NCBI GenBank assembly: GCA_964016885.1
Contig: OZ024740.1
Span: 47,182,001-47,246,000 of the forward strand
Direction of reading: 5' to 3'
Origin: Eledone cirrhosa
Taxonomy: Eukaryota
DNA length: 64,000 nt
Positions 15,623 to 29,309 of the stretch are shown here, in pieces; the stretch's first letter is position 1, and each line of letters starts with the position of its first letter. The notes beneath the pieces are model-generated. The model saw only the letters and a program-made list of their open reading frames with translations, ran no database searches and was not told the origin of the DNA. The translations under genes and the position numbers were made by a program.

Positions 15623-16677
15623 TTTATTTGATGTTGATTATTCATTCTGTTTCTACTCTCACTTTATCGATTTGGTGCGATCACCTGAAGAGCTGTTAAT
15701 TCTGACTAATATTATCTAAATACACAGGTATATCAGTGATCTCCGAACTGCTTGCATGAGAAATGAAGATTTCGTTTGGCACTAATGTAATATGATACCA
15801 ATGTAATGAAATATGGAATTTAATTTAAAATTGTCATAGTATGTCAATGATTTTGTTTCAACAAACAGCTGGTCCATTTTGTTGAACAAAGTTTATAGTC
15901 AATTGAATCTGTTTCACTATTACATTGGTGGTAAAGAGCTGAAGTAAATTTCTGGTGTGGTTTGAACTCAAGGTATTAGATACTGTAAAGAGTCAACAAC
16001 ATCTGTCTATCGTGAAATCAGCATCATTTTGATATTTAATTGATTTTGGTTGTACTTTACAAATCTTTGCAGATCTTTACAAATCACGGGTCTTGGTTTA
16101 CCTCTAATATTTTGTAAAGAAAATATGAGATAAATTGCAGTGTGCATTCTTTTTAGTAGGGCAATAAGAAAACTATTGTTATATTTTTCGTAAACTGGAT
16201 TGTATAAAACAAATCCTGGACAGAAATATTATCCTCGTCATTCAATGCTTAATATAATGTTTTCATATTTTCACGTGTTTTAACACAAAATTTACTTTTC
16301 TAACACATGTTTATTTTGATATATGTGTCATGACATTTGCGAAAGTGGATGTGGAAATGTAGATCTCACCACTAGGGATCCCGAGTCAATAAAGACAAAG
16401 TATCAATTTTAAATCTCAAGCCATCCCACTGATGATCCAATTGCTTTGTAGGTCAACTTCTTCTTATTTCTTCAGTTTACCAAGTCTAATGCCTGCGTCG
16501 TGTTTTGATATTAGCTATAGAATAAATACTACAATGTATATAAATATATATGAATTTATATATTTATACGCACATTCTCTTTCATTAACATTCTAAACAC
16601 ATACAAACACACTCATGTGCGCGCGCAGTATATATAAATATATCCTTATGTTTTACATTACATATTTAAATGGTTAA

Positions 16678-16898
16678 CGCTTTAGCATTTAAACCAGCCA
16701 TATCCGGCCAGAATTCTCTCATCTCGTTCTGTTCAAACCGGTAGGAACTGGCCACTCATACTGTTGTTAAGGTATTGTTCTCAAAATAAATAACATCAAA
16801 ATCTCATAGATTCGATAGTATGTGGGATAATTATGTAAGATAAAGCATTTACCACAAAAATGCAATAGTATATATAGAGTAATATGAATGCTGAAGGG
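16678..16898. mobile_element. piggyBac-like MITE
   Basis: TTAA on both sides; imperfect TIRs CGCTTTAGCATT / AATGCTGAAGGG. Confidence 0.7.
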
Positions 16899-17524
16899 TT
16901 AATTCTAATGTAATATGAATGAAACCGTTAATGGAATTATCTACAAGACATTCTAAAAAAATGTAATTTCTCTGTGCTGTCTTTTAAAAAATAGGGAAAT
17001 ATGTCACTGGGAATTCAGATTAAAGAAATGTAACAAAATCAGCAACGAATCATTGTTTGGCCTCTCTTGCGGTATAATATTGGCGCAGTGGCGGTAACTG
17101 CTTTGCCCTCAATTGATTGAAATGGAAAATGATATTTTCAGCTCACACCTAGTTCAGTGTAGCTAGTGTCCTATGAGGTTGTATGTCATGGGAGGTTTTA
17201 AAGTTAGGGGCTCCAGTCTTATAATGAAAAGTATAGTGAAATACAGCACCTTCCTCGAGAAACACAATGCGAGAATCGAATCCACGAACCACGAAACCAA
17301 CATGCTACCACCAGGCCGTGAAAATTCTACTGATTGTCGAATATCGTATCTGTTCCGCCAGATCTGCCATGATTAATCTCTTACACAACGATTCCTTCCA
17401 ATAACTCAGAGCCACATGTTTATATTAGAGGAATGAAATTAATTTTAATAGGTTCATCACACAGTTTATTAAACAGAGAAAGTAGACTTCTCGAAAACGA
17501 ACTATGGTTTGTGTTAATAATTAG

Positions 17525-17645
17525 TGAAGGCGCGAGGATTAGTGGTTAGAAAGTTGGATTCACAATCGTGAGGTTGTGAGTTCGATTGCCTGGCCAGGCG
17601 ATGCGTTGTGTTCTTGAACATGAAGCTTTATTTCACGCTGCTCCT
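17525..17645 (+). mobile_element. tRNA-derived SINE family B, 5' part
   Basis: A-box-like TAGTGGTTAG, B-box-like GAGTTCGATTGCC, then the TTCTTGA.CA...TTATTTCAC domain shared with copies near 37900, 39150 and 50190. Confidence 0.65.
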
Positions 17646-18209
17646 TTTGCCAGGAGTTGCGACCGGTAGATAGTACCATCAATTGGAAATAGAAATGGAA
17701 ATATTATTTCCTTGGTCCGATCTGACTAGTTCCAGCTCACTCGGTAAGCGAATGTAATTTGGGATCTTGTTGATTCGTTAAAATCAAAGGGGTGGATTAC
17801 AAAAGAGTACGCTAAATTAAATAAATTATTTTGGTGAGAGGAAAAGAATTTTAAAGTTTTTGGCAGACACTTTATAATACAGTAAATTGCATGTACTTAT
17901 TTTATTGATATGGAAAAATGAAATCGGCAGGATTTGAAATAAAAATATAAAAAAACGTAGTCGATACTGTTAGGTATTTCATACACCACTCTATTAGTTT
18001 TGTCAAACACGGCTCTATATATTTGAACGAATAAATAACATAAATAAACAAAAAAGGGGAGATAATTCTCAAAATGTCATTAGTAGTTTTAAAAATTGAT
18101 TTCGTTTATAGATATTGTTGGTATAAGAAGCATTGAAACGCTGAAGGATGATAAGAATTGAATTTTGCCCTTTCCTAACAGATTAGATTGTGTTCTTTGA
18201 CGAAATAAC

Positions 18210-18394
18210 TGTCTCTACTTTAGGCACAAGGCCAGCAATTACCCAGTGCATTACTGGTACTTTATTTTATCGACCCCGTAAGGATGAAAGGCAAAGTCAA
18301 CCTCGGCGGGATTTGAACTCAGATTGTAAAGGGACGTAACTATGCTGGAAAGCATGGCGTCCGACCCTCTACCGATAATGCCAATCCACCGCCC
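18210..18394 (-). mobile_element. tRNA-derived SINE family A (~190 bp), full length
   Basis: B box GAGTTCAAATCC; Nin/Deu-like domain GCCTTTCATCCTTACGGGGTCGATAAAATAAAGTACC; 15-bp TSD CTTTGACGAAATAAC. Confidence 0.9.
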
Positions 18395-20736
18395 TTTGAC
18401 GAAATAACACTGAGAAATGAGAATCACGCGCAAGAAAACATGTATATCAATCCCGTACGTCAATCCCGTTATTTTCCCTTTATCTTCGCTCTTTCTTTTC
18501 TTTTCCTTCTCTCTTTTCTTTCAGGAAATACAAACATTCCGAAACATACAATCATTTCTAGATTATTTCTTCATTCCAACATTTCACCAGTACTTTTAAA
18601 TCAGAATATATTTTGTGATTAGTATTCTATTTCCATTGGTTGAGTTTTTTTACATTTTTGCAGACACAATAAGGGAGGTGAAAATGGATGACTATTATGA
18701 AATAAAAAATGTTCATATGAAATGCATGTGTGAAAAACCTCTTAAAATTTAAAATAATCTTGAGATAAGATTGCACACTATAATACTTTTTTTATTTGCA
18801 TTTCACTACAGTTTTATCTCCGATATGATCTCCTCGAAATGAATCAAATACTTGCAATTTCATGAATTTTCTATTATGTTATTATAAACAAAGATTGTCG
18901 TTTTACGAGTTAACAATTTCAAGTACCATGTCAATATTTTTCATATATTTTCCACAGTTTTCTTGAATTATAACACGATTTTACTCTAAATATTTAATTT
19001 ATTACCTAACTATTATTTTCACCCATTCACAGACACACATACAAACAAGTACAAAAACAATATTTATATTTGTGAGTGCATGCACATACATATGCATAGA
19101 TACAATTATAAATCACTATAATGGTGTGAACGAGTTTCAAACTTTGCAAGGGTGCTCTATATAGGATGAAACTTCATTATCTTTCTATTCACTTTACTGA
19201 ATGCTATATTTGAGGACCGAACATATAAAGATAGTATAAGCTTTCTTTTATCACGCCAACACATTTCGAACGCAAGCCTGGCTGTGTAGTTAAAATGTTA
19301 ATTTTGTAGCCACTGTACATCACCTCGGTTCGATCAAATATCTTTTACTGAAATTTATAGCAGAAATTGTATAGATGCTTCTATCAGTCTAAAGCTGTCT
19401 TAGATGCTGACCTTCCACTTCTGACTAAGCGACAAAGATACATATATACAAACATACATAGACGTTTTTCCGTAAGAAGATGTATATTAGACTAAGCACA
19501 CAAATCTTGCTAGTAGAAGTAAGTATAGTCGACAAAATTGACTGCAGCATATAATAATTATTAACTTATTTTTATCTTGATATAAAGATTTGTAGTCAGT
19601 GCGGAGACGATTAATCTAAATACTATAAAACAATTAGGCCCTGCCTCTACCGTCTCCGACATTTAAAAAAAATCTAAATATTTAATTAGACACACATACA
19701 CACGCTTAGAGAGTTTGTTAATGTGCCTTTAGAGATAGTGGAAAACGTATAATAGATTTGTAAAACTTGCGTGTCTTGACTGATAATCAGTTCATAAATA
19801 AACTGCTTCCTTCCGGTTTTGAAATTATGTCTGCTCCTAACAAGCGAATTGCCATTCAAGAAATAAACAGTTTATGTTCATGATATATGCCTGCTGTGAA
19901 TCTAATCCATTTGAAAAAATCAAGAAGAATCAGTGAAGTACACATCCAACCGACTTTCATAACAAAGCCTCTTTCCAGATACAGGTCATCAAAGTGATTC
20001 TTAAGTGTTTCCCTAATGTTAGTCCCTTTTGTTCTATACATAGGAAAACGGGCTCCTATACCAAGTCTACATTTCTTTTTACCGCACACAGTTTTCAAAT
20101 ACTTACACCATTATGTCTCCAGTTTTAACATCAAAGAGTGTCATTTTGATTTTTTTTCATTGAATTTAAAATATTTCTAAGCATTATACCATTTGTCACG
20201 TTTCTCAGAAAACTTCAGTTCCATACAGCATTTCTCTTCGTCTTATTGAAATAAAGACATGACATAACACAAAGAAAAAATGCATCAGTGTGAAGATATT
20301 TTTGTGTCTGCGTGTGTGTGCCTAAGTATGTGTGCAGAATCTTTGTATATTTCTTTTCTAGTAAAAGGAGGACCACATTATAAAGACATTTAACTGAACA
20401 TGCCCTCAGACACATCAAGTGCGATAAAGTGTATGCTTGTAATGCCCTACCGTTATTGGTCTTTTGCTATTTAACTGTCCAGTACTATTCTGCACACGCA
20501 TACGTTTACACACACGCACACACGCTCGCATATACATGTAAATACTTATATATAAGCTATACTCTATGATTTTGTGTGAATGTGTATGAAATATGGTAGA
20601 GCAAGGGATGTCATATGATGTTTCAATCGCTTGTTGATAATGCATCTTGGACAAGTATGAAGGCTACACATTTTTAGAATCACCTTTAAAATATAAGGAT
20701 TTTTACATAGAGAAAATATCTATTGAACGTCTTAGA

Positions 20737-21004
20737 GGCCAGCAATTGTGTGTGTCTGGTACTTTGTTTTTATCGACCCCGTAAGGATGAAAGGGAAAGT
20801 TAACCTCGGCGGGATTTGAACTGAGAACGTAAAGAGCCGTCACTATACGCTGCAATGCACAGAAATCATAGAGACACATGTCTGGGCAAGGTTGTATGTG
20901 GAAGACGAGCAGTCGCCCATGCATACAGTCTCCTCTCTCCACAGCACTAATGTTTCCCAAGAGAAAGGCAATGGCCGATACAGCTGAGTAAACCGGAACA
21001 GCAT
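20737..21004 (-). mobile_element. Chimeric SINE: family A 3' half with a foreign ~145-bp head, copy 1
   Basis: SINE-A B box and 3' domain joined to a head that is nearly identical at 22540-22675. Confidence 0.7.
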
Positions 21005-21691
21005 AAAATAAAGATAATATAGGGTAAATAATGTATATATATATATATATATTAATGGATAAAGGTTCCTATGTATATGTGATCCTATTTTCCCTCGTGT
21101 TATTATACTGAGAAAACTCATACACCCGATTTTAATATAGTCACTCGTTTATGTTGTTTTCTTTAGAGATTTGGCTTTTCATTAAAACTATTTGAAAACA
21201 CTATCTATTTTAAGTATTTAATAAACCCTTATCCCCTAAAGGAAACTAGAAATGCAGCATTTAATTAAAATCAAATATAGTTCCCTATCTTTCATTTTCT
21301 CTTCTGACACCAAGAATTGTTTTCATAAGTTTGTTTCATATATGATTCATCTTACTTCTTATAATAAAGTTTACATCTTCTGGGACATATTATGCGCTCA
21401 AAATGTATAGAAAATGTGTGTTAATTTTCAAACTGCAGTTCCAAAGCTATTACTAATTATGTGTCTTAATAACCTTAGATATTGTTTTAATGCTTCAATA
21501 ATTCCACAGCTAAATGGTTCCAGATCTACACACAACTAGCATGACATTAAACAAATTTGACTGAGACGGAATAATGACACAGATAACATGCTACTCATGT
21601 CTGTCTCCGAAAATATATTATTTGCAAGGTTATTTTTACATTTTAGACAGTAGAATAATGACAATACCCTCAACGTTTACTACTCTCTGGG

Positions 21692-21804
21692 ATGGTGATG
21701 CTAATGTTATTGAAGTTCAGCTTGAATTTCTACAAGTTGATATTTGCAAATTCGCATAATTGCGAGCAGCGAGTGAACCTCAAGGGGTGCCGTCTGTTCC
21801 GAGG
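21692..21804 (+). CDS. Candidate first coding exon of an unidentified secreted or membrane protein
   Basis: Acceptor ttttacattttag at 21646; MVMLMLLKFSLNFYKLIFANSHNCEQRVNLKGCRLFR, then donor GG|gtaaat. No homology recognised. Confidence 0.25.
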
Positions 21805-22385
21805 GTAAATGATTGAAATAACTATTTAGTTAGGGGTGATACACCGTAGAGATAATGAGAAACATTTACAGTGGCGTGTTACACAGCCTGTTAAGTCAGA
21901 AGAGCAGAAAACGCTGTTATAAATGTTGAAGTAGCAGAGGGAGATACAGCGCGTATTGTATATTTATATTAAACTCATATTTGCAAATAGAGCATAATCA
22001 AAACACCACATGCATGGCTGTGTGCTTACGAGAGTCGCTTCGCCTCCACAATGGTTCTGGGTTCAATCTTAAAGCAGGATACTTTGGGAAAATCTCTTAT
22101 ACCATATTCTCGGAATCACTAATGCTTTTTTGGTGGATGACATGTGTCGATGTCCGTCACCTGTACCCTCCAATTTGTTATCTTTTATTATACATATGCA
22201 GCAAATTATTTTTCTATATGCAAAAATGTAATATTCTGACCTATAAGCAAACTATCGTTAGGTTTTTGTTTCCTGTCGTCTACTCGAAGGGATATTATAA
22301 TTTATTATGTACCGCATTCAGTACACTACATTGAACCCATTTATCTGAATGTTTAATTCACTCTTATATAAATGTATATATATAA

Positions 22386-22677
22386 TTGTTTCTACTTTTG
22401 ACACAAGGCCAGCAATTACCCAGTACATTACTGGTACTTTATTTTATCGACCCCGTAAGGATGAACGGCAAAGTTAACCTCGGCGGGATTTGAACTCAGA
22501 CCGTAAAAAGCCGTCACTATATGCTGCAATGCACAGAAATTATAGACACATGTTTGGGCAAGGTTGTATGTGGAAGACGAGCAGTCGCCCATGCATACAG
22601 TCTCCTCTCTCCACAGCACTAATGTTTCCCAAGAGAAAGGCAATGGCCGATACAGCTGAGTAAACCGGAACAACATA
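22386..22677 (-). mobile_element. Chimeric SINE, copy 2
   Basis: Same head and same junction as 20737-21004. Confidence 0.7.
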
Positions 22678-22724
22678 TGTATATATATGTATAACATTAT
22701 GTATAACATTATGTATATATATAA

Positions 22725-22907
22725 TTGTTTCTACTTTAGGCACAAGGCCAGCAATTACCCAGAGCATTACTGGTACTTTATTTTATCGACCCCGTAAGGA
22801 TGAAAGGCAAAGTCAACCTCGGCGGGATTTGAACTCAGATTGTAAAGGGACGTAACTATGCTGGAAAGCATGGCGTCCGAACCTCTACCGATACTGCCAA
22901 TCCACCG
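22725..22907 (-). mobile_element. SINE family A
   Basis: Near-identical to 18210-18394. Confidence 0.9.
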
Positions 22908-22929
22908 TTCATTATGTATATATATAATT

Positions 22930-23116
22930 GGGTGGTGGCTTGGCAGTATCGGTAGAGGGTCGGACGCCATGCTTTCCAGCATAGTTACGTCCCTTTGCGG
23001 TCTGATTTCAAATCCCACCGAGGTTAACTTTGCCTTTCATCCTTACGGGGTCGATAAAATAAAGTACCAGTAATGCACTGGGTAATTGATGGCCTTGTGC
23101 CAAAAGTAGAAACAAT
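22930..23116 (+). mobile_element. SINE family A, head-to-head with the previous copy
   Basis: GGGTGGTGGCTTGGCAGTATCGGTAG...GTAGAAAC; flanked by TATGTATATATATAATTG repeats. Confidence 0.9.
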
Positions 23117-23418
23117 TATGTATATATATAATTGTTATGTATATATATATATATAGTTGTTACTTATGTGTTTATTTGTGAGTGTTGCATTTGCAAGATC
23201 TCAATCAATAAGCTATAATGTAATGAGGATTAAGAAACTTCACGTCGGTAGTATCTATTCAACATTGATATGGGATCGTGTCTAACACGACAGAGTGTCG
23301 TTATACGAATAACGTTTAGACAAGTTTATGTAATTACATAATTATATTCATGATATATATATATATATTTATAAATTCAATTATGTAATCACACAAATCT
23401 GTCTTAATGTGTATTCGT

Positions 23419-23476
<58 letters not shown>

Positions 23477-23486
23477 ACACACACAC

Positions 23487-23518
<32 letters not shown>

Positions 23519-23738
23519 TGTGTGTGAGTATGTGTGTGTGTATGTGCCCGTGTGTGCATAAAACAATGGAGTTTACAAACAGCTCCTTTATAAATGCTTC
23601 TGTGTATAACATGTGTAACTGTAATTCCTTAGATTTTCTCAATTTGGAGATTTCCTTGAAAATTATCCCTTTCTTTTCACTTCCCTACACTGAATGAGTT
23701 TCTTACAAGTTCGTCAATTCATGGTGAAGACCTTTAGG

Positions 23739-23781
<43 letters not shown>

Positions 23782-23784
23782 AAC

Positions 23785-26700
23785 TGTCACTTCTTTACAG
23801 AAGAGGGCCATCTCTTCAACGTTGTGCTGAACGGGCATGAGCCCGCAAATGATTCCGCTAAATTGCCTCGCTCCTGCATACTGTTTTACAGATGTAACAC
23901 AAGTGAGGCTCTCAGGCAGTCCCTGAAGGTAACTTTCTCCTTATGCACTTTCATGTGCCGCTTGAGTCCAGCAGTAGACCTTCAGACTTTGTGTCACAGA
24001 TATCAAGCAAGCCTTTCAGGGAGAACACTAACATAATCGGCCGCAGACTGTTGATTGCTGTGAGCACTTAAATGACTAGCAAGCCCGTCACGAGAAAGAA
24101 CAACCTTTCCGCAGATGTTACAGACATGCTCCAACCGGATATGCTCTTTTAAACACAGAATGTTCTATACTTTTGACCCCAGACTTCTTCAACTAGATCT
24201 ACTCTCTGCCTCATCTTTCCAGTTCTCAACACTAATACCAAGTGTCTTCAGGTTGCCTTTGACAGCATCCTTGAAACATGTCTTGGGTTTGTGTCTGGGG
24301 CGTTTACCAAGAGTTAACTCTCCATACCAAATTCTCTTTGGCAGCCTCTCATCTCCCATCCGCCTTAAATGCCCCACCCAACGCAGTTAGTTTCGAATCA
24401 GTAGTTTTTCTAATCTGTATGTATTGGCGCGCTGCATAACAACGATGTCAGTTATAAATGACTGCCACTTAATGTTAAAAATACGCCTTAGGCATTTTTG
24501 GTGGAATCCTTTCAACCTCTTGACATGGTGTCGGTATGTGGTCCAAGTCTCACTAGAGTACAAGGGAGCAGTCAGGACACAGGATTGGTAGACACTTATC
24601 TTTGTGCCAAACGAGATGCTTCTGTCCGACCAGACTCGTCTATCCAACCTTCCTAATGCTTTATGGCTTTTTTATCCTTAGTTCAATTTCGGAGTTCAAT
24701 GAGCCATCTCTAGAGAGAGAATGCTACCAAGGTAGGCAAATGTAGCAACAACCTTCAACCTTTCACCCTTAACAAAGATGTTGGGCTCGGCGTAATCTTG
24801 CTCAGGAAATTGTGAGTAGATGACCTTGGCTTTTTCTGTGTTGATTGTAAGCCTGAAAGCATTGCATGACCCAGTAAACAGGTCCATAATTCCTGCATAT
24901 CTTTCTCAGTATGAGCAACAAGGTCTGCATCGTCAGCATAGAGCAACCGTCTGATGATAGATTGGAAAGTCTTTGATTTGGCCATAAAGCATGTCAAGTT
25001 AAAAACCTTACCCGTGGTCCTGAAACACAGATACATATTATCATCGCAATTCTGAAAGGCATACGTGAGAGTCACGGTAAATAAGATGAAGAACAGAGTT
25101 GGTGTCCCCTTGTTTAACCCCATTCCCGATGGATATGGTTTCAGACAGAGAACCATTGAAGTTAAGTCTCCCTTTCATATCTCGATATACCTGTTTGAAT
25201 AATGTCACAAACACCCGAGGGCATCACATCGTACCAAGAATCATCCAGAGGGAATCCTTATTCACGGAGTCAAAAGCTTTGGTGAGGTCAACCAAAACCC
25301 GATACATGTCAACCAAAACCTGATACATGTCAACAAAAACCTGATACAAAGCCATGTGATGTTCTAAACGTTTCTCCTGCAGCTGGCGAGCAAAGAAGAT
25401 GATGTCCACTGCGCCCCTGTTCGACCTAAATCCACATTGTGTCTCCGGAATCACTTGGTAAGCCTATTAAGAAGTTTTGCAAGAAGGGTTATTCCCAGAT
25501 AGTTGCCACACACCCACTTTGACTCCTTTCGCTTGAACAAGAAAACAAAGATCGCATCAGTCCAATCTTGAGAAACTGGAGTACTCGACCACATATCAGA
25601 AATCAAATGGTAAATCTCCACAGCAATTTTGTCACCTCCATGAAGCAAGACTACGACAGGAATACCATCAAGATCCGGTGCCTTCCCAGTGTTAATCTCC
25701 CTCAGTCTGTTGGACCTCTGGCAGAATAGGATCATCTGACATCTCATGAATTACATCCAATTGATGCAAGTTATTGATGATAAATACATTAAACTCCGTG
25801 GATTATAAAAGACATCAGTAAAATGCTCGCTCCAGCGTTCCATTATACTGTCCGAGTCTTTGAAAAGGACAGACTCGTACTTAGACCTGAGTGGTACCAA
25901 GGACACGGATTGAGGTCCAAAGGACTTATTGATTAGGTGGGTCAATGCCTTCAATAGCTGGTTTATCTGAGAATCATTTTCATCAAATCAGTCCCAATGT
26001 TTCTTTTTCCTGAGACCTAGGATTTCAATACTAGTGTTGTAGACCGCGGTCTTAAACCGACCTCATGTGCCGTCAAATTCAGTTTCTACAAAAGCCCTCC
26101 TCAGATCCTTACGAACCACCAGGTCCTGCAATCTCGACACATCTACGCGTCTAAGAAGCCTTGTTCCATTGATCATATTTTACGTTTGATGCGAAATTTC
26201 ATTTTGCTACGTATTAGAGCAAGATCTGTCCTACACTCAGCACCACGCATGGCCCAGACAATGCAGGCAACCTGAAGATATCGTTTAACATAAGCAAGAA
26301 TGTGTCCATGTTTGGATCTTGGGTGAATCCAAATAACTTTATGAGCGTCATTATGGTGGAAAAAGGAGTACATGGCCATTTCAAAATCAATGCTGAGCTG
26401 AAGAAGGTGCAGTCCATTACCATTCATGCTTCCAAGACCGGCATTAAAATCACCAAGGAGAAGAAGAATCTTGTCTGCATTTGGGAATTTCGCAATGGCA
26501 TATCGAAGATCTTGACAGAATGCCATTATGGATTCCTCTGATACTGGAGAGAGAGAAAGAGAGAGAGTCGGAGTATAAACAGAAAATATAGTCGAAGAAC
26601 GGTTGTGCGGTAAGGTAACTCTGAGGACGATGATTCTGTCACTAACACCATAGGGTTGCTCCAGATGGCTGATTATTTCAGTTTGAATGGCAAAGCCTAC

Positions 26701-27476
26701 ACTTCGCTCACGTTTTCCTTCCTCACGCTTACCCTCCAGAAATTGGTGTAACCCACTCTTGATTCTGCTAACTGATCCTCCCCATCCAGTCATGTATCAG
26801 AGAATGCAGCTATGTTAATACCACACTGAGCCAGTTCCTTTGCTATCAAACCAATTCGACGTTCGGGATTACCGGACATCCTGCTGTCAAAAAGTGTCCT
26901 TATGTTCCAAGTAACGACATTCATTGTGTACTTTTTGTTATAGTATCTCTTGGTTTTGCCCTGCTATTACGAACCACCACCAACCGAAGGCTGCTGGGTA
27001 GTTTGATGACTGTATAGGCTTTGTTTATGTCACCTTTTCTAGACCCAATTCATGTGGTATGAGTGTGTAGTGCATCCCTAGAAAGGGCTGCTCAGACGCT
27101 CAAGACTCCACCAAAGCATGTTGCTGTTCAGACTAAGTGCAGCGACGTTACGATAATACTAATGCCGCCCACATGCAGATTTGTGACTATGTGCTTTAAA
27201 CCGGTCGAATCTGCACACGTTGCCAATCCTCCATCACCGTCTGGCTTGTAAAGAAATATCTGCACATAAAGATGGCAATGCTACGTGCTTGTGTTACACA
27301 CGTATCACCCGTTCCATCCCCGCAGTTATGTATCCAGTGACAAGCCAAGACAAGATAACAGGACAGTTACATGTGTTTATTGTTTTGGAGTTTAACCTCT
27401 CCAGGGCGTATGGCCGTACTCACCAGGTCAATTGCAGGTTGATGAGGTTGACTCTATGGAGTTCACCCACCCTTTG
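23785..27476 (-). mobile_element. Near full-length decayed RTE (BovB-like) LINE with APE and RT domains
   Basis: MNVVTWNIRTL near 26924; APE motifs LLLGDFNA and WIHPRSKHGH; RT motifs PETQCGFRSNRG, VDLTKAFDSV and LLYADDA; GHLRRM...RLPKRIWYGEL. Many frameshifts. Confidence 0.92.
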
Positions 27477-28214
27477 ACACCTCTTGTTTTTTGTTATAAT
27501 CAGATAGTGATGTTTTACGTGGGATGTGTCATACTGTTTGATAAGAGTCAACTTAGTTGAAATTGCATCTAATTTGTCACCTTGTTTAGCAGTTTTCGTT
27601 CTGTATCTGATAGGCATGTGAATTACGCAGTCAAAGTTCATTGGAAGGAAGGCATTTTCCCATAAATATGTAACTTAAAGCTAAGTTTATTTTTTCAAAT
27701 TTTAGAACAATTTATTATTTTAAATTTTATTTGCAAGCACATAGTCTCTTATCTAAATTTAACCAAATATTTCTCATATACTTGGAATATAAAACCTTAC
27801 TAGACTTATAGTCAACACCCATAAGAAAATCCTATAGATAATACAAAGAGTTATGCCAATCGTCCGTACAAGCGAGTGAATTTAACACCCCCGGTCAAAG
27901 GTTGGTCATATCTACATTTACGGTTTAGATTATGCTTTATGGGTGAAATTTCTAAACATTGTACTCACAATAAGTTTTTTTCATGATTTACGATAAAAGA
28001 TTTAATAAATATGTTAATAATAATGGTAGGGTTTTTAATAATTATTATTTACTAATTACAACCATCAACTATCGTTACATTCGTAGTACCAGTAATTTTG
28101 GTTGTAGACTCCGTAACAGAAGTGTTGTAATAACAATCATATTGTTAGTAATCCCTTTCTTACCAGCAAATGATCTCAAAGATATTAGCAGTAATTCTAA
28201 AACGTTACTGAATA

Positions 28215-28420
28215 TGGAGGGATCTGTCAGTCGCCGTCTTCTCCCACGTAACCGTAATCAGACCATCCACTAGAATTGTCACTTGATGACAGCCTTATAA
28301 CGGAATTCTGGGCGTTCTCTTCGACAACTTCTACATCCTGGACTCAATCCTAGGCAGAACCTCCTGATTGGTAATGTAGTCTCACTAGGAAATATCCATG
28401 TTGGATCGTAGATGGCGCAA
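28215..28420 (-). mobile_element. Possible short LINE 3' fragment
   Basis: Minus strand DIS**DYITNQEVL resembles the RTE C-terminal W.D.ITNEEV motif. Confidence 0.35.
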
Positions 28421-28840
28421 CAGGTAGCTCTTAAGCTTTTTAATGTCAATTAAGCACTACTGTTCGATACACTTTGCATTTTGTTGACAATTTTATGCCA
28501 CGTTCTTACTATAGACAGTCGTTGAACTTTCCGAAAGCGGCTGCAGCAGCTTGGCAGATTGGCTGCAGCGTTCTACTTCCGTAATATACAATTGCTTTGA
28601 AAGTATAGTAAAGTGGTTTGAAGAAACCTTATTTTAATGCCGGCATATCGTTATCTAGGATTTAAAGAAATATTATTTCTAAGAGAGTGAAACCATGTAA
28701 AGAAATGTGTATATATGGTGATATGAAGAAACGATATTTCAATACTATCCCTTTCATTCTCTCTTTACATCTCACTCTTTTTCTCTCTTCCCCGTCTCTC
28801 GTTATATGCTATAAGTCTCTATCCCTTTAATTCGCTCTTT

Positions 28841-28843
<3 letters not shown>

Positions 28844-28931
<88 letters not shown>
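28844..28931. repeat. (CT)n microsatellite
   Basis: Direct inspection. Confidence 0.95.
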
Positions 28932-28934
<3 letters not shown>

Positions 28935-29103
28935 TGACATCACTCTCGCTTCTTCTCTGACTGCTCTTCCGTTCATACGGGGGTTGTTCACCGGATTCTT
29001 TATGCTATGATCATTAATACCAGCCGGCGGGTATTCGACCGCTATTTCTGTGTTTGAGTTCCTTACACCTTTATGATATATATATATTGAGAGAGAGAAT
29101 TAG

Positions 29104-29159
<56 letters not shown>

Positions 29160-29309
29160 TAAAGAAACCAATACACGTATCTGCAGTAAATGCCACGGAG
29201 TATGCTTTCCAAATATCCCAGTTAATTTTACTATACTCGATTAATTCCCCTCTTAAAATTATGATCATCATAATTTCTATTTACGTCATTATGTAGGTTC
29301 TTTGTATCA

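Noticed and set aside
18210-18394. tRNA gene
   Set aside because: A and B boxes belong to a SINE head; there is no cloverleaf, and the copy has a TSD and many dispersed relatives.
19856-20098. 80-aa minus-strand ORF
   Set aside because: Non-ATG start just inside a GTAAGT donor-like site, and no recognisable homology.
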